Sequence record: MG589383
DNA length: 64,000 bases
Direction: 5' to 3' (one strand)
DNA from: Shigella phage phi25-307
A program made the position numbers and the translations under genes. A model generated the notes under the pieces. The model made no database searches. It was not told the DNA's origin and saw only the letters and a program-made list of their open reading frames with translations. How positions within the stretch are numbered: position 1 is the stretch's first letter; each line of letters begins with the position of its first letter. Below are positions 60,919 through 64,000 of this stretch, one piece after another.

Positions 60919-61596
60919 TTATCGCTGTTTTACACTTAACGGGTCAGGATTTTCAGGGACATCTTCAAGGCCAAGCGCATAACGCTGAGCATATTTTAAC
61001 ATCAAAATATCTTTAGCACAATCATGAATACTATCATGGGCAACGAATCCTTTTAACGTACCCAACGGTAATGGACACATACTTAATCCTCGTGTCAACG
61101 AGTAAGCTTCGATTGCCGTACGAATATCGCGTTGAGCCCAGAATTTAACCGGTTCTAATTTATCAGTATCAATCTCTGGTTCAGGAACACCTTCATCACG
61201 ATAGAGGTCACGAATCAAATCGACTAATATCGGGAAGTCAAAGCTCATACCACGGCACCACATCTGTGATTTCCATTGGTCAACTTTATTAGCTCGACAA
61301 TAATCTAAAAAGATTTTAATGCCTTCAAGCGTAGTGACATCGTCTTCAGACGGAGCCAAGTTTTTACGTGCTTCAGCCGATTGTTCTTTCCACCATTTCA
61401 TAGTGGATTTAGCGAAAACTCGCTTCCCTTTCTGAGAAGCTAAATTAAATTTAATTCGTTTACCTCGTTGAACAAGTTCTTCAAATGATTCAACAACTTC
61501 AGGGTCGGAATTATATGCAATAACCGCAAGGTCAATAACAGCCGCTTTTGATGTATTGCCGAATGTTTCAAAATCTATAATAACATCAGTGCTCAT
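60919..61596 (-). CDS. dexA: exonuclease A, DEDD family (225 aa)
   Basis: DEDD exonuclease motif I (IIDFETFG) and later H/D motif; size and synteny with T4 DexA. Confidence 0.88.
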   Translation of the reverse strand: MSTDVIIDFETFGNTSKAAVIDLAVIAYNSDPEVVESFEELVQRGKRIKFNLASQKGKRVFAKSTMKWWKEQSAEARKNLAPSEDDVTTLEGIKIFLDYCRANKVDQWKSQMWCRGMSFDFPILVDLIRDLYRDEGVPEPEIDTDKLEPVKFWAQRDIRTAIEAYSLTRGLSMCPLPLGTLKGFVAHDSIHDCAKDILMLKYAQRYALGLEDVPENPDPLSVKQR

Positions 61597-61605
61597 AATT
61601 TTCTC

Positions 61606-62919
61606 TCAAATAAAATGGACGTCAAACCGGCCACGAGTTGTGCCGACATACAATAACTGTTTAGCTAATTCTGAATCGGCATAATGGATACACGGTGTAT
61701 AAACAAAGGCCGTGTCAACAGACATACCCTGGGCCTTATGGAAGGTTGATACTGGTAGTGCCTTCACCTTAGTGAACATACGTTTAGCATCCCAGAATTC
61801 GCTCCATGGAGCTTTACCACCTTTATTCCAAAATTTGTATGTTTCTGCGGTCTTAGCCAAAAACAAATTGAATTTATAAAGCTCTTCTTCAGAAGAAATA
61901 ACCTTTATATCTTCGCGGATGTATTCTTCATCATCCCCATATGTTTCTACTGTAAGATTCCAGTATCGTATCATATATTCGCCCGAAACACCACGTGCTT
62001 TAACGAATGTAGACGTTTCTACAGCATCTCTAATACGAACGAATTGGCCGTTATTGAAAAGCATTTCGGTAATATTTTTACCATCTAGCTTATATGTCTT
62101 AGTAAATGGCTCCTGTAGAACAATGACTTCGTCTTTAATAAATGGTTTTTCTGTTTCAAGAAGTTTTCGTCGAATAATTGAATTTAACTTGTCCACCGAC
62201 TTATTTGTGAATGCCATCATTCGATTTTCGAAAAGGTCTTCAGGAGTTTTAACGACGTTAAAATAGTTCATCATATACGATTTAAGGTCTGTATATCCGT
62301 GAACACCATGTCCATCAACTACTTTATCGTAAATCCATTTGCCATTACGAATATCAGTAGCAACATCAATAATTGGTGCATTGCTACGTTTAACTTCTGT
62401 AAGGTTGCATTGCACGAAGTCTTTGTGAGTGAAGAAAGGACTTAGATACGCAGTTGATTCGCCTGGGTCTACCGGACGAATCTGGCATCGGTCGCCGATG
62501 CCAATTACTGTACACCATTTAGGGATACTAGCTAACATTATTTTAAACAGAGAACGGTCGCACATTGACGCTTCATCAAATAACAGTACACGGCACAAGG
62601 CTAGGTCTGGAACCTTTTTCTGTTCAAACAATACGTTTTCTTCGTATGTAGTTGGGTTGATTTTAAGAATGCTATGAATAGTCGATGCTTCTTGTCCCGC
62701 AAGTTTACTTAGAACCTTTTTAGCGGCATGTGTAGGGGCTGCTAAAATAATACCTGATTCTCCAGAAGAAATAAGGGCTTCAACGATGAATCTAGTAAGG
62801 GTTGTTTTACCTGTACCAGCAGGCCCATTAATAGTTACGTGATGTTTCTTTTCTTTAATAGCGTTCATAACAACGTTGAAGGCGTTTTTCTGGCCTTCAG
62901 TCAAATCATCAAATGTCAT
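61606..62919 (-). CDS. dda: Dda DNA helicase, SF1B (437 aa)
   Basis: Collinear with T4 Dda (MTFDDLTEGQKNAFN.VM.AIKEKKHHVTINGPAGTGKTTLT, STFHKAQGMSVD.AF.YTPCIHYAD). Confidence 0.94.
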   Translation of the reverse strand: MTFDDLTEGQKNAFNVVMNAIKEKKHHVTINGPAGTGKTTLTRFIVEALISSGESGIILAAPTHAAKKVLSKLAGQEASTIHSILKINPTTYEENVLFEQKKVPDLALCRVLLFDEASMCDRSLFKIMLASIPKWCTVIGIGDRCQIRPVDPGESTAYLSPFFTHKDFVQCNLTEVKRSNAPIIDVATDIRNGKWIYDKVVDGHGVHGYTDLKSYMMNYFNVVKTPEDLFENRMMAFTNKSVDKLNSIIRRKLLETEKPFIKDEVIVLQEPFTKTYKLDGKNITEMLFNNGQFVRIRDAVETSTFVKARGVSGEYMIRYWNLTVETYGDDEEYIREDIKVISSEEELYKFNLFLAKTAETYKFWNKGGKAPWSEFWDAKRMFTKVKALPVSTFHKAQGMSVDTAFVYTPCIHYADSELAKQLLYVGTTRGRFDVHFI

Positions 62920-63227
62920 CGTAAAGTCCCTGCAATTGGAATACTAACAATACGGCCTGTATCCAGGATTCGTTGATACAATTTTTGCGTCTCCGCATCT
63001 AGTTTAACGTGTTTCATTTCAAGCTTATTAAACCAGAACTTACGCGGAGTTTCGACCATTCTTAGAACTCCCATTTTTAAATCTGTTTTATACTGTGTTT
63101 TCAAAGTATCGAAAACTTTATCTGCAATATCCTTTCTAAAAAATACTGCAGGACGATGCTCATCAAGTGGAACCGGGACAGTAAATCCTTCCATATCTCG
63201 ATAAACTATTGCATATACATAAACCAT
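62916..63227 (-). CDS. hypothetical protein dda.1-like (103 aa)
   Basis: ORF overlapping dda start by 4 nt. Confidence 0.5.
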   Translation of the reverse strand: MVYVYAIVYRDMEGFTVPVPLDEHRPAVFFRKDIADKVFDTLKTQYKTDLKMGVLRMVETPRKFWFNKLEMKHVKLDAETQKLYQRILDTGRIVSIPIAGTLR

Positions 63228-63229
63228 AA

Positions 63230-63976
63230 TTAACCTTTAATCAGTTGGAATAATGATGCGCTAAGTGGTAAGCCACGTTTCAATTTTAATTTACCAATGA
63301 AACCGATCTTTTCAAAACGTTGCAGACCTTGGATAACTTTATCATATGTATCGAAAAGCGATTCAGCGTCAGTTAATTTAGTTTTAGTTTTCCAGTCAGA
63401 GCCTTTAAGAAGAACGTTGAGTTTAGTAAGTTCATGGCCTTCTGCTTGATGCGAGCCATTAATGCGTGCTTTCAAAGCAACAATTCTAAGTTTAGCTTCG
63501 TCAGATAAAGGTTGATTTTTCATCATGTTCGCCATATGCTTAACACGATTTTCACGTTTTGCTCGGATTTTTAAAATGGTATCATAAACCTTTTTAATTT
63601 GGGCCCATTTCTTCTCGTCGAGATTAAGTTTCTCTACTTTACGGGCGGAAGGATTAGCGATACGTCTTGCAATAGCGTCACGTTTCTCAATAAGTTCTTC
63701 TAATGTTAAATCAGAACGAGCCGTGTTATATTTTTTCTTAACTGGGATAACATTACCTTTAATGTAACCGATATCGTTATTAAAACGTTCTAAGGATAAT
63801 TTCTCACCTTCAACAGAGTTATTGAAAGATTCACCTGAGTAAGCGCAGACCTTTTGATCAAGAATGTTTTTAAGGTAATTAAAGTCTAAGTTAAAATCCT
63901 TAGAGCGTCTCTTCGCAGAAGCTCTGGTGTGGTCAAGACGACGATTGATTTTGTTAATTTTATTATTTGATAACAT
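63230..63976 (-). CDS. srd: Srd-like protein (248 aa)
   Basis: Size and position downstream of dda as T4 srd; identity by synteny only. Confidence 0.55.
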   Translation of the reverse strand: MLSNNKINKINRRLDHTRASAKRRSKDFNLDFNYLKNILDQKVCAYSGESFNNSVEGEKLSLERFNNDIGYIKGNVIPVKKKYNTARSDLTLEELIEKRDAIARRIANPSARKVEKLNLDEKKWAQIKKVYDTILKIRAKRENRVKHMANMMKNQPLSDEAKLRIVALKARINGSHQAEGHELTKLNVLLKGSDWKTKTKLTDAESLFDTYDKVIQGLQRFEKIGFIGKLKLKRGLPLSASLFQLIKG

Positions 63977-64000
63977 AATATTTTCCTCTGTCTTACGGAC

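Overview
This 64 kb window is a contiguous segment of a T4-like (Tevenvirinae) myovirus genome, colinear with the T4 map from uvsY to srd. In order it carries uvsY; baseplate genes 25-26-51-27-28-29-48-54; alt; DNA ligase (30) and a block of small early genes; rIII; 31; cd; pseT; a spanin pair; alc; RNA ligase 1; denA; nrdB; nrdA; td; frd; 32; 59; 33; dsbA; rnh; long tail fibre genes 34-35-36-37-38; holin t; asiA; motA; topoisomerase subunit 52; ndd; denB; rIIB; rIIA; topoisomerase large subunit 39; dexA; dda; srd. All identifications are by reading the supplied translations against remembered T4 proteins, with no database search run; the proteins look diverged from T4 itself. Differences from canonical T4 are: (1) a full-length AroG-type DAHP synthase gene translationally coupled to cd; (2) a GT4-family glycosyltransferase between rIIA.1 and gene 39, a candidate DNA hydroxymethylcytosine sugar transferase; (3) a single fused gene 39 (T4 39+60 equivalent) followed by a free-standing HNH endonuclease; (4) a free-standing GIY-YIG endonuclease between 59 and 33; (5) uninterrupted nrdB and td. 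The non-coding DNA is organised as repeated early-promoter cassettes and GC-rich tetraloop hairpins, plus T4-type late promoters (TATAAATA) in front of genes 51/26, 34, 36 and t. No tRNA, CRISPR array or integrase was seen.
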